Positions 10,670 to 20,190 of a DNA stretch of 64,000 bases are shown here, piece by piece (position 1 is the first letter of the stretch; the number at the start of each line of letters is the position of its first letter). Made by a program: the position numbers and the translations under genes. The notes under the pieces are model-generated. The model saw nothing but the letters and a program-made list of their open reading frames with translations, was not told the DNA's origin and did not search any database. Origin of the DNA: Polyangiaceae bacterium (GTDB taxonomy: Bacteria; Myxococcota_A; Polyangia; Polyangiales; Polyangiaceae); the NCBI GenBank assembly GCA_044376115.1, contig JBILLK010000030.1, positions 32,001 to 96,000 of the forward strand, written 5' to 3'.

Positions 10670-11490
10670 GCGACGCGCCGAGCAGCCTCGAGCTGCTGCC
10701 AGCGATGGACGCCTTCCTTCGCTCTCCGCAGCACCGTCAACCGCTCGCCGCTGGGCAAACCGATCTCGTCACGCGCAACGAGCTCTCGATCGAGACGCTG
10801 ACCGAGCTCTGCTCGAAGACTCCCAGCGTCGGCGAGCGCATCCTCAAGCTCGCTGCGTCTCCGGCCTACGGGTCGGTGGTCCCGATCCGATCGCTCGAAC
10901 AGGCGGTGCTTTGGCTCGGGATGCGGCCTGTCTCGGATCTCTACCTCGAGTCGGTCATGCACGAGTTCGTCTTTCAGGCGCCCGGCTACGAGGTGCTGAT
11001 CGGCCCGATTCGTTACCACTCGCTGGCGGTAGCGCACATCGCTCGGCAGCTCACGGTGCGGGCCAAGGTGAAGTGTGAGTCGGCCTTTGCGGCGGGTATT
11101 TTGCACGAGGCCGCGCTCGCCGTCGGAGTACAGGCGATAGCGCAAGTGCGCGGCCCAGCCGATGGCAGTGAAATCAAGTTGGCGCCCAAGTTGCTGGCCG
11201 CACGCTCCGACTTGAGCAACCGCCTAGCGCGCGCCTGGAAGCTGCCCCCCGACATCACCATTCCCATCTTGCAGCTGCAGCGCCGGGCCAGTCCCCGCGA
11301 TACACAATCGGCCGTGCTCTGTTTGGCCGATGCCGTAGCCACCAAGATCGGCCGCGGCTTGACCGCGCTGGGCGAGCCGGATCCAAAGTTTGAAGTGATC
11401 GGCCGGGCCGCCGAGGTGTTGGGCCTGCTGCCCAATCAGGTCGATGCCATCGCCTTCGAGGTCGACAAGATGCTGCTGGAGATGGGCTGA
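10648..11490 (+). CDS. HDOD domain protein (tandem paralog)
   Basis: ILKLAASPAYG, IRSLEQAVLWLG, HSLAVA, GILHEAA, WKLPPDI. Start uncertain (10648/10663/10705). Confidence 0.8.
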   Translation: MLEDGVLGDAPSSLELLPAMDAFLRSPQHRQPLAAGQTDLVTRNELSIETLTELCSKTPSVGERILKLAASPAYGSVVPIRSLEQAVLWLGMRPVSDLYLESVMHEFVFQAPGYEVLIGPIRYHSLAVAHIARQLTVRAKVKCESAFAAGILHEAALAVGVQAIAQVRGPADGSEIKLAPKLLAARSDLSNRLARAWKLPPDITIPILQLQRRASPRDTQSAVLCLADAVATKIGRGLTALGEPDPKFEVIGRAAEVLGLLPNQVDAIAFEVDKMLLEMG

Positions 11491-11499
11491 CTGCTTGCG

Positions 11500-12147
11500 C
11501 TACGGAAACGGGATGCCGCCCACCACCGCTGCGGGAGTGCGGACCGCCACCGACAGGCCGATGCTGTAGTGCACGTCCTCTTGAATCACGCCCGCCTGGC
11601 CCTCGGCGAAGACGCCAATCCCCGTCTCGCCCACGCCACAGCCAACGCCGATGCCCTGGGCGCTGCCTTGTGCCTCACAGCCCTCCACCCAGGAGGCGAA
11701 CTCGATGCCCACGCGCGGCGAAAGGAACGGGCCCCACGCGTCCTGCTGTGCGTTGTAGAGCGTGCGCGCTTCAGCGCCCACCACCATGCGAACCACGTCT
11801 CCTTCCCATGGGTTGACCTGCATGATGGGATAGGCCTCTACCGTGGCCGTCGGCCCGACCAGCCAGGTGGCCCGCGTGACGTCGGGTTCGTCCCTCTCGC
11901 TGCGGCCGGCATACAGGCCGTACACCCCCACGCCAAACTCGGCCCTGCGCTTCGCCAACGCCTTGAACGCCGAGAAGGGCCTGACGCTGATGCTCCCTTC
12001 GCCGGTCAGCGCCACCTGCTCGCGCGCAAAGCCCGAGGCGGCAAGCCCGCCTGCCGTACGGGTGGGGGGCAGGCCGGCGCAGCCGCTCAAGGCCAGCCCG
12101 GCCGAAAGCCCCAGCCCGCCCAGCAAGCCCCGCGTGCGCAGCGTCAG
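11500..12147 (-). CDS. Hypothetical lipoprotein, beta-strand-rich
   Basis: Lipobox-like GLALSGC followed by amphipathic strands. Stop at 11500. True start uncertain because the ORF is open to 12357. Confidence 0.55.
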   Translation of the reverse strand: MTLRTRGLLGGLGLSAGLALSGCAGLPPTRTAGGLAASGFAREQVALTGEGSISVRPFSAFKALAKRRAEFGVGVYGLYAGRSERDEPDVTRATWLVGPTATVEAYPIMQVNPWEGDVVRMVVGAEARTLYNAQQDAWGPFLSPRVGIEFASWVEGCEAQGSAQGIGVGCGVGETGIGVFAEGQAGVIQEDVHYSIGLSVAVRTPAAVVGGIPFP

Positions 12148-12228
12148 CGTTTGTGCGCGAAAACCTCGCTGCCTCTTGCGCCCGCCATCGGCAGCATTAG
12201 CCTGTTCGGGTTGAGCACCGATAGACGC

Positions 12229-12792
12229 ATGCAAACGTGGCGAAACGGCGGATGGCTGCAAGAATCCTGGGCCAACCGCTCCAACCGGCGGCTGGCACAA
12301 GGCGCCGACCCCCGAGCCGAGCTTCGCAAGTGCCTCGTGCTCTCCCATGTACCTCATGAAGTTGAAGTGGCCTTACGCTCGCTTCAAGCCTTTCCTCCCG
12401 CGCGCAACAAGCCCGAGGTCCGCTGGGCCGGCGCCGCAGCGCAGCTGAACCCGAATCCCCCCGTTGCACGGCCCGTCCCGCCCGCTGCAAGGCCCTACAA
12501 CTCCCCCGACGCAGGCGCGCCAAAGGCAGCCGGCTCAAGCTTCTCCGCCTCCACTCCTCGCGCCGCCGCGCACGCCGCACCCAATCCCCGCGCCGCCGCG
12601 CCCGCCGCACCCGCAGCCTTCGACCCAAACACCCTCAAGGTCGCCGCCCTGCTCCTCGTCGCTCCCCCCGCCGGCGTCTTCCTCATGTGGTCCCTCCCCA
12701 GCTACCCCCGTGAAGGCAAAGTCGCAGCCTCCGTCGCCGGCCTCGTGTGGATGATGATCGTCGGCGTAGCGTTCGCTGCTTGGCTCGCCTGA
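12229..12792 (+). CDS. Hypothetical membrane protein with Pro/Ala linker and C-terminal two-TM module
   Basis: ATG at 12229 within ORF 11569..12792. C-terminal LLLVAPPAGVFLMW...VAGLVWMMIVGVAFAAWLA with strong codon bias. Confidence 0.6.
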   Translation: MQTWRNGGWLQESWANRSNRRLAQGADPRAELRKCLVLSHVPHEVEVALRSLQAFPPARNKPEVRWAGAAAQLNPNPPVARPVPPAARPYNSPDAGAPKAAGSSFSASTPRAAAHAAPNPRAAAPAAPAAFDPNTLKVAALLLVAPPAGVFLMWSLPSYPREGKVAASVAGLVWMMIVGVAFAAWLA

Positions 12793-12838
12793 GCGCATAG
12801 GCCGCTGGTGGGCAGGCCGGCCAGCGTGCGGTGGGCCG

Positions 12839-12887
12839 TGCGAAGTAAACCTGGAGGGTTGCGACAGCTTCCCAGGTTTAGTTCGCA
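12839..12887. repeat. 49-bp palindromic hairpin element, copy 1
   Basis: tgcgaagtaaacctgg-a-gggttg-cga-cagctt-c-ccaggtttagttcgca; imperfect inverted repeat. Confidence 0.85.
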
Positions 12888-12975
12888 AAACCAGCCCGTA
12901 ACTCGCGCGCCACCACCCTTGCCACCGCAAATCCAGCCAATATCCAAGTAGCACCCCGCACCTAGCCGCGTGGCA

Positions 12976-13024
12976 TGCGAAGTAACCCCCATGAGCTAGC
13001 GCAGCTCCCCAGGGTTAGTTCGCA
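12976..13024. repeat. 49-bp palindromic hairpin element, copy 2
   Basis: tgcgaagtaaccc...gagct-agcgc-agctc...gggttagttcgca; same length and ends as copy 1. Confidence 0.85.
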
Positions 13025-13044
13025 ATGCGGCCCTGCGCTCGTCA

Positions 13045-13119
13045 GTGACACGGTCCAGGGTGACGCAGTCCAGGGTGACGCGGTCCAGGGTGACGCGGTC
13101 CAGGGAGGCGCGGTCTTGA
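13045..13119 (+). repeat. 15-bp tandem repeat (GTGACGCGGTCCAGG x4 plus one degenerate unit)
   Basis: Units at 13045, 13060, 13075, 13090; degenerate gaggcgcggtcttga at 13105. Confidence 0.92.
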
Positions 13120-13264
13120 CGGGGGATCGGCCCTCGAATTCACCGTTTTGTTGAATTCGCAGCTCGATCCCCTACCGATCGAGCGCCTTTCTCAATAAAA
13201 CGTCCAATTGGACGGCCCATCCCGACGCAGCGTTCGGGGGCCGCAGCTATGCTGCTAAACGCAT

Positions 13265-13797
13265 ATGCCGCAAGCATGGTACCTTTATAGGCCGCAGTCC
13301 GATGCCTTCGACAGTGCGCTGCTGAAGGACCTCGATGGACTGGTGATGCGTGTTCATCGATTGCCCTTTGTTGGCCACTCGGTGCTCTCAAGATGGTCAC
13401 CCGTTGAGGTAACCATCTTGTCCGAAGGAACGGTCAGTGGAGACTTCCCTGCGCTTGCGGACTACTACCTTTTGCCACTCGTGAGTGAGCGAGCGTGGGG
13501 GGCGCTGTCCTCGCTGATAGCACCTTGGGTGGAAGCGCTACCAGTCAGGGCAGGTCGCGAGCAGCTCTATCTGCTCAACGTCCTCGATACCGTAGACTGT
13601 ATTGATCGCGCCCATGACGGATCAGTACGATCTTCCGCTATTCATTGCTCGACGAGTCGCTGAAAGGCCGAGACATTGTCAAGACGCCGCGGCAGAGTGG
13701 CGCTGAGCTGCTTATAAGTGAGCGCTTTCGCGGTGTGGTTGAGCGCGCTGGACTGCGCGGTCTCAGGTTCGAGCCACTCCCGACCTCGTCGCTCTGA
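13265..13797 (+). pseudogene. Imm11/DUF1629-like immunity protein, frameshifted near 13610-13630
   Basis: N-part GDFP..LVSERA..LI...VEALPV...YLLNVLDTVDCID. C-part in another frame: IFRYSLLDESLKGRDIVK...LLISERFRGVVERAGLRGLRFEPL*, stop 13795-13797. Confidence 0.7.
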
Positions 13798-13867
13798 AAG
13801 CCGCGTGCTGCCTTGCTTATTCAGATGCCAGAGATGGAACCGCCTCTCACGAACTTCCAAGGACGAT

Positions 13868-14206
13868 ATGCTAGCCATCAGCGTGACTTTGGACGGAACG
13901 GAGATACCCCCGGCCTGGGTCTCAACGATGTTCCAAGTTGACCCCTTCCCAGGCGGCCACCGCTACGCTCTCTCGTTGAATGCGCCTAAGGCGCTCATCG
14001 ACGTTCTTGGGCCCAACCTAGACTTGGTGAACCCATCCATTGAACTAGCCGCTCAGGTGCTGCAGCGAATGACTCGGCTGCTCCGACAAGGCGCAACTTT
14101 TCCGCCGAGGTATCTGTTGAACTCGATAGAGCGATTGACCGTTAGCGAGTCAAAACACGTACGCTTGCACGGAGTCTGCTCGCCGTGGCTTCCCATCCGT
14201 CCGTGA
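13868..14206 (+). CDS. Small hypothetical protein (112 aa) in low-GC island
   Basis: ATG at 13868 preceded by aagga; ORF MLAISVTLDGTEIP...HGVCSPWLPIRP. Confidence 0.55.
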   Translation: MLAISVTLDGTEIPPAWVSTMFQVDPFPGGHRYALSLNAPKALIDVLGPNLDLVNPSIELAAQVLQRMTRLLRQGATFPPRYLLNSIERLTVSESKHVRLHGVCSPWLPIRP

Positions 14207-14213
14207 GCAAGCG

Positions 14214-14603
14214 ATGGTTGGGCCGACCTTTGCGGAACCCATGAAAGACTTTTACAGCGGATATGAGGGCTACCCAGAAGTCCACTTCACGCTAAACGTC
14301 GGCGGGAGTCCCATAGAGCGCATAGCAACTTGGGACGGCTTCTTCGCGTCCGTCATGGCGAACGCGCTGCCGCTCGACGGCAGATGGTGCGGGCTGGCAC
14401 TTCCGTATCACACGCTTCAGGGCTGGCTAGCATGCGAGGGAGCATGGCGAATACCGGATCTTCATGAGGCGCTGGTGGCGTGGAAACTAATCCCGCGTGA
14501 GGGTCTCGACGACGTCGCGCTGGATCTGTACAGCGCCATCGCTGAGCTGCTCACCAAAGCGACTACGCTTGAGAACGCGAGCGTCTGGATCGAGGAGTTC
14601 TAG
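14214..14603 (+). CDS. Small acidic/aromatic hypothetical protein, immunity-protein-like
   Basis: [12 protein letters not shown]...WDGFF...WCGLALPYH...GW...WRIPDL. Starts 7 bp after the previous stop. Confidence 0.65.
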   Translation: MVGPTFAEPMKDFYSGYEGYPEVHFTLNVGGSPIERIATWDGFFASVMANALPLDGRWCGLALPYHTLQGWLACEGAWRIPDLHEALVAWKLIPREGLDDVALDLYSAIAELLTKATTLENASVWIEEF

Positions 14604-14885
14604 AAGCCGTCCTTCTTCCCAAATGTCCGCGTCTACTTCAGCGCCCGTCCCCGCGCGGCCGGAGCCCCACGCCTCCAAGAAACCACAAGCCGCTCCCGTA
14701 CTACCCAGTAGCCACTGTCTCCAAGCGAGCTCAGACAGTGTGATAAAAGCCTCCACACTTCCGCCTGCCTCCCGCAAGCCGGCTCCCCCATCCGCGCTGC
14801 GACACGCAGTGGAGCAAGCCGGATTTGGGGGAGCAGTGCGCGCAGCGCAGCCTTGCTGCGCGAGCACACCGAGGGGGCTAAAAAA

Positions 14886-16121
<1,236 letters not shown>

Positions 16122-16188
16122 GCGCCTACCCTAGTGCAAATGCCGCGGGATGCAGCACCAGAATGCAAGGTAGCTCAGGCGCGCGTGG

Positions 16189-18000
16189 TCAGCCTTGCGC
16201 GCGGCGCAAGCGTCGCTTGAACCAGGCCGCGAGCAGCGCGCCGAGCGCGAAGGCGCCGGGTGCAACTCCGCTCTGCGAGCTCGGAATTGCGCAACCGCAG
16301 CCGTCGGCCGCAGGCGGATTGCTCGAGGATGGCGCAGCTGAGGCCGAGGCGGCGGGCGCGCTCGCGCTCGCTGAGGGGCTCGGCGCGGGGGCAGGCGGTG
16401 GCACTGCTGCCGGCTTGGTTTCAGCCAGCTTGAAGGCCTCGAGCTTGGGTAAGCCACCGGCGATCAGCTTTTGCAGATCCGCGTTGGCTGCGAGCTTCTT
16501 CGCGGCCGGATCTTTCCAGTTCTTGGGCGCGCCGCCGTAGTTACCGCGTTGCGGAACTTGGCACTTGATGGCGCCTTTCCAAGGGTGTCGCACGACGTAG
16601 CGCGTTTGAAAGTTGTTGGTCGCGACGCCTTCAAACACCTTCTGTTCGGGCTTGCCTTGCGGTCCGATCTCGCGGCCACCTTCAATCGCGGTGCCCGAGG
16701 CGAACACGAGCTTGCCGGCGTCGCTCCCTGGGACGCGCACGCGGGTGAGCACGAGCTCGCCGGCGAACTTGCGTGAGAGCGGTGTCCAGCGCACCTCGAG
16801 CGTGCCGCTCTTGTCGAGGCTGCTGGCCTCGACCGCCTTGCCCACGCATTGTTCGTACGGGCTTTCGAGCGCGGGCTTATCGAGCTTGGTCTTGCCGTTC
16901 TCGACGAGCACTGCGAGCTTGAGCGACGCGGCGGGTCGAGCTTGCGCGCCGCTCGTCGTCGCGGCGCAGGCCTCGAGTGCGGTGCGCAAATCGTCGGGGC
17001 CGCCCGGCTCTTCACTCACCGCATCGGCCAGGATGACGAGCTCGCCGGCGCCGCTCGCGCTCGGCCACGCCGAAACTCCGAGCGCCCCAAGCTCGGCTGG
17101 CCCGAGCGGCTTGCTGCAGCTGTCGCACGCGGTTGCGCCCCACGCATATTGCACGAACGCGGCTTGCGGCTGCTCTTGGCCGAGCTTCGACAAAAGCTGA
17201 TGGTGGAACTCCGCTGCGGAGCCGAGCACCGCGGGTTCTACGTCCAGGTTTGTGGGCACGCCGAAGTTCGGCGTGCCTAGGACGCCCACCCGACTGCCGC
17301 GGGTTAGCAACGTCAAATCCAGGGCTGACCGGCCAGCGCCGCTGATCAACTGCGTCGGCAGTTCGAAGCTCTCGCTGCTCCAACCGATGGCCGCCGCGCG
17401 TCCTCCGTTCGCTTCGCTCATCTCGAGTGCAGCGAGCGAATAGCCGTCACCCAGCGCCTTACCGATCGCCTTTTCGAGCGGCGCGTCCACCTCGAGCCCG
17501 AGCTTCTTGAGCGCGGCCACGGCCTCCGCTTGCGTCGCGCCCAAATCGGAGAGGGCGGCGGCTTTGCGAGACTCTGGCGCTGCCGGCTTTTTGTCTGCGC
17601 CCTTCTTCTCTCCGCCCTTCTTCTCAGCGCCGTCCTTTCCAGAGGGCGTTTCTTCGGGCATGGGAGGCGGTGCATCCATCGGGAGCTCACACGGATCTTG
17701 CTCCCACTGCTGCTCGACCCGCGCGCTCGTGATGCTCTCGAGCGAGCTCAATGCGCTCGCGTCCACCTCGAACACGAACGGCTTTGCGCCCTTCGGGATC
17801 GGCACGATCAGCGACGCGGCGCCTCCGCCCTTGACCGCCACCGTCAACACCGAGGTCGAGCCGTCCCGCGCGAGGACGGCTTGGGTCTCGGAGGACGGCT
17901 TGCCTTTGCGTGCGACGAGAAAGGCGTTGGCGGAGCCGGCGTCGAGCAGCGTCGCAAGGATGGCGGCTGACGCCAGGGCGCGGGGAGCGGAGAGTCGCAT
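16189..18000 (-). CDS. DUF2330-like secreted protein with MYXO-CTERM sorting signal
   Basis: Signal peptide; VLARDG..VLT, WEQDPC, PTNLDV, QYAWGATACDSC, LTRVR, NNFQTRYVVRHPW; C-terminal GCGC + hydrophobic helix + KRRLRR. Confidence 0.7.
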   Translation of the reverse strand: MRLSAPRALASAAILATLLDAGSANAFLVARKGKPSSETQAVLARDGSTSVLTVAVKGGGAASLIVPIPKGAKPFVFEVDASALSSLESITSARVEQQWEQDPCELPMDAPPPMPEETPSGKDGAEKKGGEKKGADKKPAAPESRKAAALSDLGATQAEAVAALKKLGLEVDAPLEKAIGKALGDGYSLAALEMSEANGGRAAAIGWSSESFELPTQLISGAGRSALDLTLLTRGSRVGVLGTPNFGVPTNLDVEPAVLGSAAEFHHQLLSKLGQEQPQAAFVQYAWGATACDSCSKPLGPAELGALGVSAWPSASGAGELVILADAVSEEPGGPDDLRTALEACAATTSGAQARPAASLKLAVLVENGKTKLDKPALESPYEQCVGKAVEASSLDKSGTLEVRWTPLSRKFAGELVLTRVRVPGSDAGKLVFASGTAIEGGREIGPQGKPEQKVFEGVATNNFQTRYVVRHPWKGAIKCQVPQRGNYGGAPKNWKDPAAKKLAANADLQKLIAGGLPKLEAFKLAETKPAAVPPPAPAPSPSASASAPAASASAAPSSSNPPAADGCGCAIPSSQSGVAPGAFALGALLAAWFKRRLRRAQG

Positions 18001-18057
18001 GGGCTGCAGCCTAGTCCGAAGACGAGGCTGGAAAAACCGATTGCGTCATTCGAGGAA

Positions 18058-19875
18058 TCAGCGCTTCGGCGCGATGGTGCGCTTGGGCGGCAGGGCCGGC
18101 GGCGGGGTGGCCGGTGTGCGCTTCACAGTGGGCTGCGGCATCGGCCCGCGCTTTACGTCCGGCGTTTGCGGCGTAGCCTTCGGCGTCTCCTTCGGCTCGA
18201 CCTTGTCCTTGTTGCGATCCAGCACGGGGCGCTTGGGCGCAACACCGCGAGTGATGCGCAGCGGCGCCGGCTTCGCTCCAGGCTTGGGCCGCGCGACAGG
18301 GCGCTTGGCGTCGATGCCGTGCGACTCACCGAGCTTGAACTTGACGGCCTTTTGCTCCGTCTTCTCCACGCCCTTGGCGCCCGCGCCGACGGTGCTGATC
18401 TCGAGGTCGTAGCTCTTGGTGTTGCGTCCGCCGCCTTGCACGGTGGCCTTGCGAGTCTTGCGGTCCAATTTGAGCTCTACCTCGCTATCCGCGTCGGCGT
18501 CGAGGTTGGCTACGCGCACGGCCACGCCTTCTTTGGCGTCATCCATCGCGAGCTTCATTGCCGGCATCTTTCCGGAGCCTGAGCGGTAGCGAATGCCGCC
18601 GTTGTCGCGCGGCAAGCTGAGCGTGTCCTTCTGTGCGCTGTCGAGCTTTACGCCTTCGATCGTAACGGCGCTGCCGGCCGAGAAGATCGCGACGCCGTCA
18701 TCGTCTCCGCTGGTCGCGACGTCACTCTTCGAGAGCGTGATGTCGTAATCGTTGCCTTCGGGCAGGATGAAGATGGGCTCCATGGGCGCTGTGCCCTCGA
18801 GGTAGGCCGAAAGGTCCACCACCTCGGCGTTGGGGATCTCGTTGACGATCTTCCCACCCTCGAAGCCGACCTTGCGACCGTCTTGATCGGCGATGCTGAT
18901 GGCGCTTGCTCGCGGCCACACCGTGCGCGTGTCCGAGCCTTCACGACAGAACGGGCAAGCGGCTTTCTTGAGCCGAAGATCCAAGGGCACGACCACCAAG
19001 CTGTGCGTCGAAGCATCGCCGTACCAGGGCGCCTTGGGCTGGTCGGGGTTGAGCGCCGCGAGATCGTACTTCCAGGTGTCGGCGTTGCGGTCGATCGTGA
19101 TGATCCGCTCTTTGTCGGGGAAGTTGTTGTCGTAGACCTTGATTGCCTGGATGCCGTTGCCGAGATCTTCCACCGCGTAGGGCGTGACGGCGTGTCCACC
19201 GCGACCCCCTTGGTGCCAGAACGCCAAGGTGCCGAGCTCGCCCGCCTGGAACATCTTCACCAGTTGGTCGGCGACGCTGGAGGGCGTGGAGGCGCGACGT
19301 GAGATCCGGATGTCGGTGCGCACCGGATCAACCATTTGGTAGGTCCAGTAGTAGCCGATGAACGGCGTCGCCTCTTTCTTGTCGAGCGTGTGCGTGGTCA
19401 GCGACCACATCGAATCCGGCTTGTCGATCCCCTTCCAAAAGGTGAGCGATGAAACCGCCATGCCTTCACATCGCCCACCGTTCATCGCGCGATTGACCAT
19501 GTGGGCCCACTCGGCCGCCGGCAGCGTAAGCGTGCAGTCTTTGGTATCACCGTCGACGCAGGCCTTCTCGCCGAACATCTTCACCATCACGTTCTCGGTG
19601 AGGATCGGCGCGGTGCGCGGGTATTCCCCGCCCTGATTCTTGAACGCAAAGCCGTCACGCTCGGGGCGGAAGCCAGTGTCTGCGAGCACCTTGCTCTTCT
19701 TCTTTTTCGACTTCTTCGGCTTGTCGGAGTCCTTGTCGTCCTCCTCCGACTCTTCATCGCTGTCCGCGGCCTCTTTGGCGCTCGACTTCTGCTTCAAGAG
19801 GTCGGTGACCTTGTCGCAGGCCGTAAGCGGAACCGTCAGGGCGAGAAGACCAACGAGTAGACGCAGCTTTGACAT
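18058..19875 (-). CDS. Lipoprotein with putative papain-like Cys-His-Asp domain and basic Pro-rich tail
   Basis: Lipobox VPLTAC; DGFAFKN, GRCEGMA, GHAVTPYAV, VYDNNFP. Start set at ATG 19875. Confidence 0.65.
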   Translation of the reverse strand: MSKLRLLVGLLALTVPLTACDKVTDLLKQKSSAKEAADSDEESEEDDKDSDKPKKSKKKKSKVLADTGFRPERDGFAFKNQGGEYPRTAPILTENVMVKMFGEKACVDGDTKDCTLTLPAAEWAHMVNRAMNGGRCEGMAVSSLTFWKGIDKPDSMWSLTTHTLDKKEATPFIGYYWTYQMVDPVRTDIRISRRASTPSSVADQLVKMFQAGELGTLAFWHQGGRGGHAVTPYAVEDLGNGIQAIKVYDNNFPDKERIITIDRNADTWKYDLAALNPDQPKAPWYGDASTHSLVVVPLDLRLKKAACPFCREGSDTRTVWPRASAISIADQDGRKVGFEGGKIVNEIPNAEVVDLSAYLEGTAPMEPIFILPEGNDYDITLSKSDVATSGDDDGVAIFSAGSAVTIEGVKLDSAQKDTLSLPRDNGGIRYRSGSGKMPAMKLAMDDAKEGVAVRVANLDADADSEVELKLDRKTRKATVQGGGRNTKSYDLEISTVGAGAKGVEKTEQKAVKFKLGESHGIDAKRPVARPKPGAKPAPLRITRGVAPKRPVLDRNKDKVEPKETPKATPQTPDVKRGPMPQPTVKRTPATPPPALPPKRTIAPKR

Positions 19876-20190
19876 GGGACCTCGGTGATATGCAGGGCGA
19901 CTGTTAGACCTTCCTCGCCCGTGCGTCTTCACAGCTTTTTTCGCTGTTGAAACGGAAATCGAGGGACCCCACTCGCCCATAGAAAGCAAACTGGTGTGGC
20001 ACATGTCGGCCCAAACGTCCCCCGACGCAGAAACGTAACTTGTTCTTGGGAATATTTCAGCGATACTTCAGTGCGTCCGTCGGAGGCTCCTTGCCCTTGG
20101 TTCTGAGGAGTTTCGACACTGTCTAACGACGGGCTCGCTCAACTTCGATTGAGCACCATCGTTGGTCTAACTGTTGCTCGAGAGGCCTCC

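Noticed and set aside
11569..12228. N-terminal part of the 407-aa + strand ORF
   Set aside because: Antisense shadow of the minus-strand lipoprotein; only the portion from ATG 12229 looks protein-like
12839..13119. CRISPR array or canonical integron attC sites
   Set aside because: Only two 49-bp units with an 88-bp gap; the 15-mers have no spacers; the ends do not fit RYYYAAC/GTTRRRY; no cas or intI gene in the window
14604..14885. Possible gene remnant or right boundary of the island
   Set aside because: No convincing ORF, direct repeat or copy of the 49-bp hairpin found by eye
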